Source of the DNA: Azolla caroliniana
Taxonomy: Eukaryota; Plantae; Polypodiophyta
Assembly: GCA_043228905.1 (NCBI GenBank)
Contig: JBHGNT010000007.1
Coordinates: 3,534,001 to 3,598,000 of the forward strand
DNA length: 64,000 nt
Reading direction: 5' to 3'
Each line of letters opens with the position of its first letter. The stretch's first letter is position 1. The notes beneath the pieces were generated by a model. The model saw only the letters and a list, made by a program, of their open reading frames with translations, searched no databases and had not been told where the DNA came from. The position numbers were made by a program, and so were the translations under genes. This document shows positions 26,170 through 39,578 of the stretch, in pieces.

Positions 26170-26750
26170 CAGCCGCATTTTCTCATGAAATTTAACATCA
26201 TGTCCCCATTATCATCCAGAGCTACCTCACAAAAGTGGGATCTCTGTTTGGATTGATCAAATCATGATGTGTAATACACTTCTCCTATGATTCAACATTA
26301 TGTTTCATTACAATCAAGCATCAGTTCATAGCAAACGGACTCCATCATATATGGACAACATTTCAGCATTACATCTCATAAAATTTTACGTTATGTTTCC
26401 ATTATCATCCAGAGCTACCTCACAGAAATGGGCTTCTCCATCTGGATTAATGAAATTATGTTCTATTACAATCAAGCATCATCTTACAGCAAAAGGATAA
26501 TGGACAACATTTCCATATTGCTCACATTTATCTCATGAGATTCAACATTATCTTCTCACAGAAATGGGCTTCTCCGTCTGGATTAATGAAGTTATGTTGT
26601 GCCGCATGCTCCTCCTAGGAGTCAACATTATGTTTTATTAAAATCAAGCATCATCTTACAGCAAAAGAACTATGGACAACATTTCCATATTGCCCACATT
26701 TTTCTTATGAGATTCAACATTATGCTCTCAATATAATCTAGAATCATATT
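26170..26750 (-). repeat. Degenerate tandem array resembling the GNA1 3' coding segment
   Basis: About 8 recurrences of the core ACATTATGTT..(ATTACAATCAAGCATCATCTTA.AGCAA), matching GNA1 26844-26882 ACATTATGTTCACTACAATCAAGGATCACCTTATAGCAA. Confidence 0.8.
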
Positions 26751-26779
26751 AGCGAAATGATCATCTCTCCATATCTAAA

Positions 26780-27241
26780 TTAATCGAAGTATTGTGCCAT
26801 TTGCACAGCTTTCCTAGAGTACCCACATTTCTCGTAGAACCCGACATTATGTTCACTACAATCAAGGATCACCTTATAGCAATGGGCATCTCTGGCATAG
26901 TCTGTCAAGAACTGGATGATACGTTGTCCAAGGTGATGGCCGCGCATAGTCTCGTCCACAACTACATCTTCTATGTGACCAGCACGTCCACAGGCATGAA
27001 CAAACTTATTCTCTATGAGAAGGGTACCCGTGGCAATTATTCTACCCTTATCTTCAATCACAGCTATGAAGTATGGAGGAGGGCTACTGTTCTTCTTCTC
27101 TGTGTTGAAGATCTCTCCGAATCTTCTGGTAAACTCTGGTTCTGAGACACTGCCAACAGTAGTGAGCTTAGATAGAAGATCTAAGAATCCTTTCGAGAAA
27201 TCAGAAGGAGAGAGAGGACGTATGATATACTCCTTATTCAT
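26780..27241 (-). CDS. GNA1: Glucosamine-6-phosphate N-acetyltransferase (GNAT family), intronless CDS
   Basis: 153 aa with IRPL...DFSKGFLDLLSKLT, IIATGTLLIENKFVHACGRAGHIEDVVVD, RGHHLG and CYKVILDCSEHNVGFYEKCG. A probable 5'-UTR intron donor (AAG|GTATGC) lies near 27466. Confidence 0.95.
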   Translation of the reverse strand: MNKEYIIRPLSPSDFSKGFLDLLSKLTTVGSVSEPEFTRRFGEIFNTEKKNSSPPPYFIAVIEDKGRIIATGTLLIENKFVHACGRAGHIEDVVVDETMRGHHLGQRIIQFLTDYARDAHCYKVILDCSEHNVGFYEKCGYSRKAVQMAQYFD

Positions 27242-27242
27242 G

Positions 27243-27273
<31 letters not shown>

Positions 27274-28875
27274 TCCCAAATAAATGTATGGAAAAAATAG
27301 CCTTGTCAATTTGCTAACAATCAGAGCATCAGAAAACGGCGGGGGAGAAGGATTTTTCTGCAATTTCCATAGATTTTAGGGTTGAATGAATGAATGTTTA
27401 CCTGAAAAACATATGCAGGACATGACAGTGTAACTCGTTCTAGGGTGGATTGAGGTGGAGGCATACCTTATAGCCTGTAGGAGACGATTGTTTCAATGAT
27501 GGTGGAGGAGGAGGTATCTTCCTGGGAGGGATGTCTCGGTTACTGCAAGTGAAGAAGAAGAAGAAGATCTGAAACAAAGAAGAGGAGAAGAGCAAAATTG
27601 AAGCAGAAGAAGAGCTAAACAAAATCGTGGAGGAAGGGCACAGGCACAGGGAAGGAATTCCGTATAAAACAGGCGGGCCATTTCTGTAATTTCCCAAGAC
27701 CATATAATATGTATTATGAGCTTATATTATAGTTTCTCCATGATCTATGAAACAAACATTTTGCTCAAGTCTCTCCATGTGTTCGATGGCATGTAGAGTT
27801 TTGAAAATAGAAATCCTTAGGTCTCCTCCGGAGTTTCAATTTGATCAATTCTAATCAAAACACTTAGCTCTGCTGATCTTACTACACATTTATCATCGGA
27901 CAATTTAACTCCTATAGACCTGTTGTGCACTTGAACAAATTTTTTTTGCCTTGGTTTATCACTTTTATGGATGATGTTACCTTTGGAAAACTTGGTAAAC
28001 GCGTGTGTTGCACCATATTCTACAACGAAACCTCTACAAATTGTTTGTTGGATTTGTGGTGGATTCCTTCAAACTAACCATGGTGTAAAAATCAACCAAA
28101 ACTACACATAATTTGCTTGTATTTGGTTTTTTAATAGCCTATGTTTTACTCATAGTCGAAAGTACATGACCCCATCTTTGTCAATTACAATCAACCCCAC
28201 AACAAAACACTAGCATGGATGTGTGGAAGTTTCTCAAGCATAATAGTGTCTACGGAAGCATCACTAAGAGAAGGACAAGGACAAAGGAAGATGTCAAAGT
28301 TTGCCACTACCAAGTTTAATGATAAAGAAAGTTGTAGACATGCAACTACGCACAATAGCCACACATGTAATTGCACCTTTCATGCTACATATCTACGAGA
28401 CACTTACGAATTTCAATGAGTGGCTTCAAAGTAACTTATGGTCTCACTTATATATTGCTCATAGCACAACAAATAATAGATTAGGTGGAGTGATAACATC
28501 TCAACGTAAGATGCTGTATAGGACCAAACAACTAGCTAGAAAATAATCATTGAGCGAATAAAAAAGTATCCATTCATATACATGTTTCCCATTACCATAA
28601 TTGAGAAAATAATACAAATGCTTGCCAAAGACCAAATACAATGTTTACACTTCAAATGTCTGGGAAGATAAGTCATGGCAAGTAAATGCATGAGTAGTAA
28701 CATTTATAACAATCGTTTTAATTTTCTTCAAAAATGGCAGCAGCCATTAATCCAATTGCATGTTAGACTGTTCGACCAAGAAAACCTTTAGGACCCAAAT
28801 TTATACACAAAGCTTATGGTTCAAGTGACGATCATGTTGTTGGCTGGGATCTCCATCTGAACACTTTGAGACAAC

Positions 28876-31800
28876 TCATTTGAGTTTTTCTTGTAGGTGC
28901 AAACGCTGCATGGCTAACACTTGCTCGTTGCATTTCACACATCGGAAAGATAAGCTGGCTATACACCTTGTTCTCAAGCAATAATAGCAATATCGATGTT
29001 GACATGGATGTGCTACATATGGTATGATGATGGGGCATCGCTCGCAAATGGGGCATGCGTCATCTTTTATCATCGTCTTTGTCAGGTGCCCATTAGAAAA
29101 TGGAAACGTGAGAGCCTTCTTGATTGATGTGATATTCAGCAATGGCAATATTAGCAACAAAAGTTCCTGATAAACCAAGATAAAACAAAATAACCATATC
29201 ATTCACCACAAATGTCAGGCAATCAGGGTAATATCCTTTCCATGGAAGTTATTGGGAGCTACAAACAAAACCAATCAGGAGCAAAGCACAGTATAAACAT
29301 TTTCCATGACAGATTATTAGAGGATCCCAGTTTCAACCACCATGACAGATCACGCTAAGGATCCATAACATACGTTTAGCTATCTTTCTCAAGTATTCTT
29401 GGGGCCAACATTATATTTTCTAGTAAGTAGCATGTACTAAAGGAAACACTGCAGAGCAATGTGATTCTTCCAAAGCTTCGAGGATTATTCTATCAGAGAG
29501 AGATTATTCTACAACTAAGCTAAACTAATCCTACTGATGACTTTAGTACAAGAATACTTATTTCAGTGTATCACTCTCCATATGACATTCATTGTACAAA
29601 AGAAAACTCACATATTCAACAATAAAGGAATACTCACCGAAAATTCATGCCAAACAAGCTGTCGATTCATATATTCAAAACTGACTGTTCGATTCATATT
29701 TGGTCTTTCATATACAAGCCTTGCACTTAAAAATCTTTCAATCAAACTTCGGTACCTAGAAACCAGATAAACAAATGGCTTTAATCTAATTTTATTGATG
29801 GAATGAAAACAATCCACTGTTTACTAAAATTTGAGTATCATGAATTTTAATATATTATGTTTCTATAAAGTTAAGAGTGTCAGCCTGCTGTTTCTTCAAA
29901 TTTATTTCACAAAATTATATAACCAAGTAATAAACGAAAAAACTTGATCATTAGAAGAAAATTACCTCTCTTTTTATTGTTAATGAGAAAATTATTTCTT
30001 TATTTTACAAGAAGATGACAAACACACTGAATATTGGATTAAATTGTGTAATTTTCCCTTACATGATTCAGCTGTATATTTGTCAAAATACAAGCAAAAT
30101 AAAATAAATTATTTTACCGGCCTGTCCGAAGAAATAGAAGGAGATTGACAAAACTTGCAGCCTTGTATACATTTTCTGCTTTCTGAAGTAAAACCCATGC
30201 TTTATGCCTCCAATGATTCTTCATTTTTAATCACAAAATAAAAAAAGTATCAGCTTCAAGCAATCGATGAAGTCAATTGTATACGTGCATCAACAAACCA
30301 CCTTATGCAACATCAAATCAGATCTACTTAACCATGACTTGTGAATCTTGATTCATGAGAGGCAACAACAATCACAAAATAATATAATAAAATTATAGAC
30401 CTAGCTAATTGTAAAGAGGCAAACAGCTGATACTCAAAATCATGTATAGATGTAATACATATATATAAATTGACATGTGACTGATGAAATTCTCGATCTT
30501 ATAATACAGATACATGGTTCCCTGTAGGCAGTAACTCATTTTTAAACAATCAGCTCATCAGGTAAATCTCTCAGAGACTTTTTTGGTAGCTGACTCATGA
30601 ATAATAAGTTTCTGGAAAGAAAGCACTACAGGCAAACAGCTGATCCTCATAAATTATGTATACATGTAATATGTATATATAAATTGTAGCTGTGAATGAT
30701 GTAATTCTCAATATATAGGTTTATAAACCTAGCTAATTGTTGACCACAAAAGAGACAAACATCTGATTCTTAAAATTATGTATAAATGTAATATGTATGT
30801 ATAAATCGTCTCTGTGAATGATGAAATTCTCAATATTATAATACAGGTATATGACCCCCTGTGGGATACAACAGCTACGAGGATAAGCAGGTAATTGCTT
30901 ATTTTGAACAATCAGACTATAAAGGTACCAGTCTCAGAAGCTTTGTTTGTAGCTAACCCACAAATAATGTAAGTTTCTGGAAAGAAGGCACTAGACAAGA
31001 TCACGGTACTTAATTCAGTTTAAATTGAATGGTCTGCCGGCTAGATATGACAGCTAGATAGAAACATTTGGAGATGTCCTTTATGTAGCCGGAAAGAAGC
31101 ATTTAGCTACCATTCCTTTATGTGCCCAGAACTTCTCTGGACTGTGGTACCTTCTAATACCTATCGAGGTGTCATGTCACCCGTGTTTTAAAGGATACAA
31201 AGTTTGAGATCTCTGAATGATGTGAAGAGGCAATTTGCAAAACGCGAAGGTATTTTCTGCAGCAAACTAGCCAGTTCGGCCTCAAGACTACCCCAACTCA
31301 CGGAAATGAATAGGCGATGACTTGGCTGAATCGAACATACATCCACAGGTCTAACACGTATAAAGAAACCTGCAAGCCAGCAATGCTAATAAGCTTATAC
31401 ACATGTGCAGTTGAACCACGTTTTAGCACAGTAAAAATCTCCAAAAAAAAAAAGAACGGAAGAGGATATCTCAATCTTTCTGATAGGATCTTTGGGCATT
31501 GAAAGGGACGTAGAAGAAGCGGGGCTTCAAAAGGAAGGAGAGGGATTTAAACCCTCAGTAAACAGCAGTCTACTTAGATTTTCTCGCCTAAAGCATAGTT
31601 GAATGTAGATATCATGAATAGGAGGTAGAGTGGAAGGGATACCGAGCCTAGCTTTCTAGGGGGAAGGCAATATGTCATTCACTGTTTGCTCCCAGGATAG
31701 ATATAGACCATATCGTAGGTTTCTTTCTCTTGACCAAACATGTAACCTGCGCCCCAAAACCAATCTAGAAATCTAAGGAAGAGTTCTCCAAATAATTTGT

Positions 31801-34416
31801 AAAACCATTACCATTTTGATGATTGACCTCTGCCAGAATAAATTCTACACTACCTGACATTGTCATAATATCTGCTAGCTTGAGTACAGAGACAACCATA
31901 AAGAATAAACAGACACCAAGTTGTTGGATGTCTTCCAATGATTGCAAAATTACCTCTCCTATAAAACTTCAAGAGTGAATGTACTAACTTTCAAACTAGA
32001 AGAAAAGATCCATCACCAACCAAGAAATCACAAAGTTTGGTGAACCATATTAAATGGGTGTTGACAAAGGGAAACTATTTGACTTGGTTTTGCTTGCCTT
32101 ACGCAGCAAGATCAGATTACATTTCCTCATTTGAAAAATGCACGAAAATCAGAATCCTTCTCCTGTGTGTGTGTGTGTGAACAGATATTAGCCCCACTAT
32201 AAGGTACACTTTTTACACACATCAGATGACGGACTCCTCATCATGCCCTCTTATATTTACATTGATCACATGCACTGTAAAGTGACATAAGGCAGTTGTA
32301 GTTGTCCTCAGATCAGTTAGAGATTGAGGTAGGCAGACATGCACACACTTTTAGAAGAAAGAATCTGCCAATTATGTCATTATGGAATGTAATCTGAAGA
32401 GCGCCATTTATGTCACAATATTGTTTTGCAGATAATAAGCGGGAGATATCATTGCCTCATCAACCAAGCCTTAGGCCCAGTAACAAGGTGATGGAATACG
32501 TGGACCAACAGTGCTTGGGGCTATTCTTGCTAGAACTCAAGAAACATAGCAAGAGGTTGTTGAAGGATAACAATACAGCCACACAAGTTCATCCAGAAAG
32601 ATCAATCACAACTTTCTTTAGCCCCATCACTTCTACTCATGCTACAAGTCAATCAATGGTTACACGAATGGGCTCCCAATCAGGACATTGCAGAGGGGTT
32701 AGAATCAATCGGGCAATAGCAATTTAAAATAGTGGCCTCGTGGATCATGTTCTCACCACCCTTGTCATTGATAGATAAAGAACATTATCTCCCGTTATTT
32801 AGGTGCTTCCTTTGCTTCGGAGTCTCTCCACTCCGTTAGATACCTTTTCAAGACATAAATTACAACCTATCTAACTTACGAATCTTACATTTATAGTAAC
32901 AGGATTCTTTAGTCACTTAGTTACATTTATTTTGGTTTTTTGTTCTCAAAGCAAGAAAACATTTTAAGATGTAATCTCTTGTTTGGTCTTATGAGCCATT
33001 TTGGCCTCCCCCCCCCAACGCACACACACTTTTGCCCCTTCTCTCCAATTCTGGTTAATGCTTTCGGAATTCATACTTAGATTGAAGGAGGATATTCAAG
33101 CTTATAAATGCCCTCTTACATTGAACCTTATAAAAATCAGTGTGACTATTTATCATGCGTCTTATAAGGATATCTACCAATATAACCCCCAGCCCTAAAT
33201 ATAAGAATATCCTGCCCAATGTATGGGCCAAAATACAGTACCTGGCCACTGTCACCCCATCTTCGAAATGCGGATACCATCTGCAATCGAGCCCAGCCAT
33301 AACGACCAACTATGAAGGCTAAACAATAGCCAATCTTCTGATGTTTTGTCAAACCTGGACCCTCAAGGCCAGTTCGAACTGTATTTTGGAAAGAAAATCA
33401 TTAGATACACAAATCATCTCTCTGACTCTCTCTAGTTTTAAAAGAAAATAAGACATCATATTAGTTTTACAAAATAATTCTGTATCTTCAATAATAGTGA
33501 CATTTCTGCTCATTTATCCTAGTAATTGATTTCATTTAATATGCTAGCATATCTGAAGAATATAGACCTTTCCCAAGCGTAACCAGAGAAAGGAAAGCTC
33601 GTTCATCTCTATATCTAAGGTTCATAAGAGCAATCCCAGGAGTTGGCTTGTCCACCCAAATTGAAAATCTCCAGATAAGAAATTCAAGGCAGGCATCCAG
33701 CTCATGCTCATAGCGAGACAGAAATCCTGGCTGCACATGGGAATTCCAAAACATTATAAGCATTCAAACAGCCAAACATCTATTGCACTGCCTTCTTATT
33801 TTCCTATGCCCTATGTATCATTAAATTAAGAAATTTCAGTTAGTATATGAAATAAGAGGTTGGATTAGTAATAAAGATCACTATGTAGAGAGTTTGGAAA
33901 CATATTTCTCCTATACTTTTTAGAAGTAACATTTGGAAAACAAGCCAAATTGAAATAAAATATGTCATCCATTCACCTAGTCTTACAACTAAGAAAGAGT
34001 CACCTTTATAAAAGAATCATTACTTCTTGGAAAACATAAGCAACATATCCTGAAATTCATACTTTAAAACCATTTTCAAAACTTCAGAGTGGGTCTTAAA
34101 ACAATAAGAGTGATAATACCAATAGCTTATATCAAGTTGTCATAAAATGATAATGTTGGTGCAAGATATTATTCTAACAATTTGCTCTTAGCAGTAGCAT
34201 ACCTGCATGAAAGAAAATACTCTAGTGAGCTGCTCTTTAAGCATGGCTGTCATCTCTACATCTAATTTGGCAGCATCCAACTGACTCACCCTTGATATGG
34301 GGATCCATGGTATCACTCTCTGTGAATGCACAACATTCAGCCATTTCTATAACATATCAAAGATGAAGATATTATGCTAAACACAATCATACTTGAGGTA
34401 GATTTGCCTCCATCAT
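28876..34416 (-). CDS. PEX2: Peroxisome biogenesis RING peroxin PEX2
   Basis: Exons 34393-34416 (start uncertain; exon acceptor at 34456), 34203-34319 (ISRVSQLDAAKLDVEMTAMLKEQL), 33568-33730 (FLIWRFSIWVDKPTPG.ALMNLRY), 33242-33378 (RTGLEGPGL...SAFRRWGDS), 30118-30218, 29638-29755 (VSFEYMNRQLVWHEFS) and 28876-29166 (RING CPIC...PCQHRYCYYCL...CVKC). A likely 5'-UTR exon lies near 38461-38650. Confidence 0.93.
30395..30990. repeat. Intronic tandem repeat, ~3 diverged copies
   Basis: CAAACA(G/T)CTGAT...ATGTATA.ATGTAATA...ATAAAT...TGTGA.TGATG.AATTCTC recurs at about 30420, 30633 and 30755. Confidence 0.8.
32200..32995 (+). mobile_element. Degenerate 3' end of an RTE/CR1-like LINE (copy 1) in PEX2 intron
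   Basis: AGAGATTGAGGTAGGCAGA...TAGAAGAAAGAAT.TGCCAATT.TGTCATTA (LEIEVGR...LEERICQLC) and TTAAGATGTAATCTCTTGTTTGGTCTT are shared with 45410-45970 and, inverted, with 36320-36980. Confidence 0.75.
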
Positions 34417-34858
34417 TGATCTCCGTAAGTAATGAAAACCCTCATGTATTATTAGCCTGGATAAAAAAGAATGCACAATTTTAAAATTTGTTTATGCAGC
34501 ACCGAATAACAAGGTGAAACAAAGCTTCAAGTGAGCGTCCAAAAATCAACTTTACACTTGGGTATTTGAAGGTCTAAATAATTTTATTAAAAGTTTTCAT
34601 AACTTTCAATATTTGTTACAAAATCATTTCAAAAAATTTAGACACTACACATGCCTGCCCTAAGACTTAGAAAAAATTAGATATTAATATAGAAAATAAG
34701 TCATTAGATGGGGAAGAGAGAGAGCAAATCAATGTAAGATGGGAAACAAGGAGAGATAAAGATGGAATTGTTACATGGATATCTAAAAACACAAAAAGTT
34801 TAGGGTTTAGGGTTTTCCCAATATTGACAGCGCTAAGGCTATTTGAGGCTTTGTTACA

Positions 34859-35880
34859 TGTTGATATATTGTGATAGTGATGTATGAACATGCTTAGGAT
34901 AGCTAGGGCTTATTATCTCATTTAGAGTTTTTTACTCTAGTCCAAAAGTATAACTCTTCATGTTGAGGCACTAATGTGCTATTTGAAATATATTTTCTCC
35001 TATTATCTGCTGCCGATGTACTTCAGCAATGGAATCCAGCAGTTGGTATTAGAGTAGGTCACCGTCTTCTTTAGGTTAAGGGTTTAAAGTACACAGCATT
35101 CTGTGTCCACCTCAGAACAGTACAACCAGGTTCAAATCAGTGAACCAAGCTGCAATAAACTCTACCATTGAGCTACACGTCTCATCGTCTGCTATGTGCA
35201 TATTAGCATACTTTCTGACAGTCTCTTGAACTACAATATTCTTACATCAGGTTATTTGATCACTTGGTGACTTGCAATGGAAAAATGTATTCAAGATGCT
35301 GGCCCTTGAGGAAAAATTAGCTGGATCCAACCACCCATTGTGGACTTCTATGATGAGGCACATATTGGTGACGAATGGCTTATGGAACATTGTGTAGGGC
35401 GTCGAAATGTGTCCAACACCTGCAAATATAATGATACAAAGTGATGTGGATGATGTTGAAGATGATTTTCATTTTCCTGGTCTTGTTGCAATACCTATTG
35501 CAAATACTGCAGAGCAGATTGGCTGGGATAGTTTAAAGCTTTTCCAAAAGCTTTGGCTTACTACCTTTGGTGGATTGATTTCATTCCACATAGCTTGGCA
35601 ATTCCTATGTATCAATGCCAGCTCCATGTTCATCACATCCCTCTTAGGGGGGATTTGTTGATATGTTGTGCTAGTGATGTGTGAACACACTTAAAATTAA
35701 GTACGTGTTACATTTAGGATGGCTAGGGCTTTTTTACATCTTTAAAAGTTTTTGCCCTAGCCCAAAAGTATAACCCTTATGGTTAAGGCACTAATGTGCT
35801 CTTCCTTTTTTAAATATATTCTCTCCTATTTTCAGCAATTTTCTGTTGCATGTCTGCTTCTTCAGTGACATAATCTAAAA
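34859..35880 (+). mobile_element. Old ~1-kb non-autonomous LTR element (TRIM-like)
   Basis: Diverged direct repeats 34859-35041 and 35656-~35880 both start TGTTGATAT. A PBS-like TGGTATTAGAG lies at 35044 and a PPT AGGGGGGA lies just before 35656. Confidence 0.75.
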
Positions 35881-36299
35881 GTAACAAAAGATGCTTCAGG
35901 ATAACATTTTAATGTATGATTAGAGAGAAAATTGATTTACCTATCGAGGGCATGCACTCTACATATTAAGTTCTTCTGAAGATGAAATCATATGATACGT
36001 TGATGAAGAACACGTGCTAAATTTTGAAAGAAGACATAAATGCTACACAAAGAGGACTTGAGATTTTGTTTCAGTATCTCCAAAGAAGGTCAGCAAAAGT
36101 GATTATTTACACTTAAGTCTCTTAAGACTTCCTAGTAAATTGATAATATTCCGAAACAGAATGATTTTGTGGTAAATTTTGAATATCTATAATGGTATAG
36201 TGACAATTTTCTATGAACAAAACTTGCATCATTGTTCAGTTGGCAACTCACACTACCAATTGTTCGAGTTTACATGCATCTAGTAAAAAGGAAAGAGAG

Positions 36300-38370
36300 A
36301 AATGTATACTAATGTCTTTTAAGAGGCCAAACACAAGATTACATCTTAAAATATTGTCTCATTTTTGCGAACAACAGACCAAAATAGATGTAGTAAAATA
36401 AAAACAAAAGTGACCAAAGAATCCTATTATCTATACATGCAAAATTTTCAAGTAAGATAGATTGAAATTTCTATTTTTGAAAGATCTTCAACATGGGTCA
36501 ATCCAAAATGGAGAGATCTCCAAAGCAAGGGAAGCCCCTGCAATGGCAAGAGATAATGGCCTTTATCTGAGGATAGCAACGGTGCCAAGATTGTGATCCA
36601 CAAGACCGGGGTCTACATGCACAAGAAATTGTTATTTGTCAATCTATCATGACCCTTTCGCAATGTTTCGTTGGGAGCCCACTTGGGTAGCCTTTGATCC
36701 AGTTGTAGCATGACTAGGAATGATGGGACTAAAGAAAGTCATGATTGTTCTTTGTTGATGACCTTGTGTGGTTGCATAATTGTCCTTCAACAACTTCTCT
36801 CTATTGCAAGAACAGTCCTACAACTGGTCCTCATATTCCATTATCCAGAATGGTGGGTCAAAGCCTTTTGTTAAAGAGGCAAACATATTCCTCTTCAGAT
36901 TCTATTACCTGATGACACACTTAGCAAATTCTTTCTTCCAAACGCATGCATAAATATCTACGTACCTCAATCTCTAACAGATGTAAAGAGGTCCGCTACT
37001 GCCCCATCACACTTTGCAGCGCATGCAACAAATGTATATCCATATAAGAGGACCTGATGATGAATCAATCTTCCTGTGTTTGTAAAACATGTGCCTTACA
37101 ATATGCCATCTTCCTACCAAGAGATGTTGTGGGGCTGATCCATGTTCTTCCATTATCCAATTTGATACTATCAATTTGGATCACTCTTTTCTTTTCCACT
37201 TTGGTCATGTTCAAAGGGGACACTCCAATCTATGTTGGAACAGGGGTATACATTTATGGTTATGCCATGTGACTCAAACCATTGTTGCATTTCCGCAAAT
37301 AAACAATGTCATCTCCATGTTTAGCAAGTTGTTTTAATGGAATAAGTGCCAAACTTGATTACATTCATTAGGGAGCTCCCAAAGTCGTTCAACATTGGTC
37401 ATTGATCGGAATAATGCCTCGATGATTATTGGGGTTGATCCCATATGTGAATTATACATCATGGCAACCAATACTTTGCTCCTTATGGTGCAAACAATCA
37501 AGACAAAATGTCTCTCCAAATCTCTCCAATTATTTACCTTGTGAAGACTGCGTTCCCAGGTTTCTACACCATAGAGAAGAGTCAATGTCACAAGTTTATC
37601 AAATAGAAATACTTTAGCTCATGGCTGGTGGAGCTGTCTATCTGCAGATTCAAATGCACAAGGGCTGAAAATCCACAAAAAAGTCAAGCACAAACAGCCT
37701 CCCGTAAGGACCGCCGAAGTCCTGAAAATTTTACTCCTAGGTATGTGTACAATTGTGTGTATGCCTCTTACTTTCCCAAGAATTCTGGTACTGATCTCGT
37801 TATTCATGATTGAGTGGTATTAAACAACATCACTTTAGCTTTATCGAGGTTTACCAGCGAACATTTATACATACAGATTTATTTTAAAGCATTTCGATGT
37901 CTTTGTAGCCCTTCTTGAGAGTAGGAGATCAAAACAATGTCATCAGCATCTAGTAAATATATGTATAGTTATACCTACTAAGCATGCTCTTAAACTGCCG
38001 AATCTCTATGTGATGTGATACCTCATCTATACTGGGCCTGAAGAGAGTGGGTAATAGTGGGAACCCTTGTTTCACTCCAATTGTGCTAGCCACGACCTCC
38101 AATAACCCATTAGGAGGTTGCACTTTTCCTAACATAGATTCTAACTCTAGTATCAACCCATATAGATTAGCCAACTAGTGGTCAATCATGATTGTCCTAT
38201 AATTTCCCGGCATCAAGTTTCAGCTCTTGAAGATTGGCATAATGACATATTTTTTCCAGATATTAGGGAAACCTTTACACATAGCTCTATTAAAGATGTG
38301 TGCTAGCAACGGGAGCAATGTCTCACAGGCAAAGCTAAAGTGATCACATATCAATCCATCATGATTTTGG
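36300..38370 (-). mobile_element. Degenerate RTE/CR1-like LINE (copy 2) with RT remnants
   Basis: Broken frames LAHIFNRAMCKGFPNIWKKYVIMPIFKS, STIGVKQGFPLLPTLF and LLYGVETW. The 3' part is an inverted match to 32200-32995. Confidence 0.8.
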
Positions 38371-39578
38371 ACCTTTGAGAGTCGTAACAGAACAATGGTG
38401 TTGTTCAAAAGAAGAAGGAAAAAAGAAAAAGAAAAATATAGGAAAGAAGTTAAGAGATACTGACTTCTTCTTCCTCGAAGAAACAGGACTGCGATATGTC
38501 GTAGCGCTATCAGAACCTCTGATTGAAGAAATAGTTAACGCGGGATCACCAACACGATGACGCAGAAGAAGAAGAAGAACCACAGGGAGCAGATTTCGCC
38601 ATAGCCGATCGACACAGAGATGGGGTGAGAGAAGCTGCAAAGCAAAGCGATCGTTGTTTTCTGCCTTTTTTTCTTTCTGTTCATATACTTTTATGAAATT
38701 ACAAAAATGCCCCCCTGCCACTTTTATACGGAATTCTCCAATTATACCCTTTTCCTCTTAAATCTCCCAACTAACCCCTCGCCTTTCCTTCTATAAATTC
38801 TCTAAAAGCTTCGACACCATCCTATCCTCTCCATGTCTTTTTCTTCATTGTTCTCGAGTTTCTCCGTGGGACTGACGACATTGAGGGCTTAAAAAACAAG
38901 AATGAATCCCGTGGACGCCTGACTAACAATCGGCACCAATTCGGTTCGGTTCGAGAGTGTCAAAACCGAACCGCGAAACCGTTAAAAAACTGAATTGTTA
39001 CAAAAAAATCCAAACTGTTAAATCGTTAAAATTGTGGTTTTGTGGTTCGGTTTCGGTTTTCAAGTTACGTCAAAATTCAATCCAAAATGTCAACAAGTTT
39101 TTAGATTTAGGAACTACCATTTTAATGTTTTCTTGCTTATAGTGATGAAATTCATCCACGGTCAACAAATACCTTACACTCTACAATAGTGTCGCATGTG
39201 AACATTGAAATATTCTCTATATGAATGTTGCATGCAACAAGCTTCTCGTTATCAGAATGAACCCACTCCTATGACAAGGGATGGGTCTTTAGATTTTGCA
39301 TTATCTCTTTAAGCAAACTTATAGCAGTTTGATTAACACCATCCATTGTGGCTTAAAAAGGCAACCCAACTACACATCATTTGCTTGTATTCAATTGTTC
39401 AATAGTCAATGTGTTGGTTCCATTATAAACTTGACAACCATGTGATGACACTCATCTTTGTAAACTAAGAACAACCCCACAACAAAGTACCAACATGTTT
39501 TTCTTACATAAATCACTAACATGGATGTTTGGAATTTAATGAGGAAACATTGGCAAGCACGAAAGTAAATTAAACAAA

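Noticed and set aside
34799-34816. TTTAGGG telomere-type repeat
   Set aside because: Only two units, too short to call an interstitial telomeric array.
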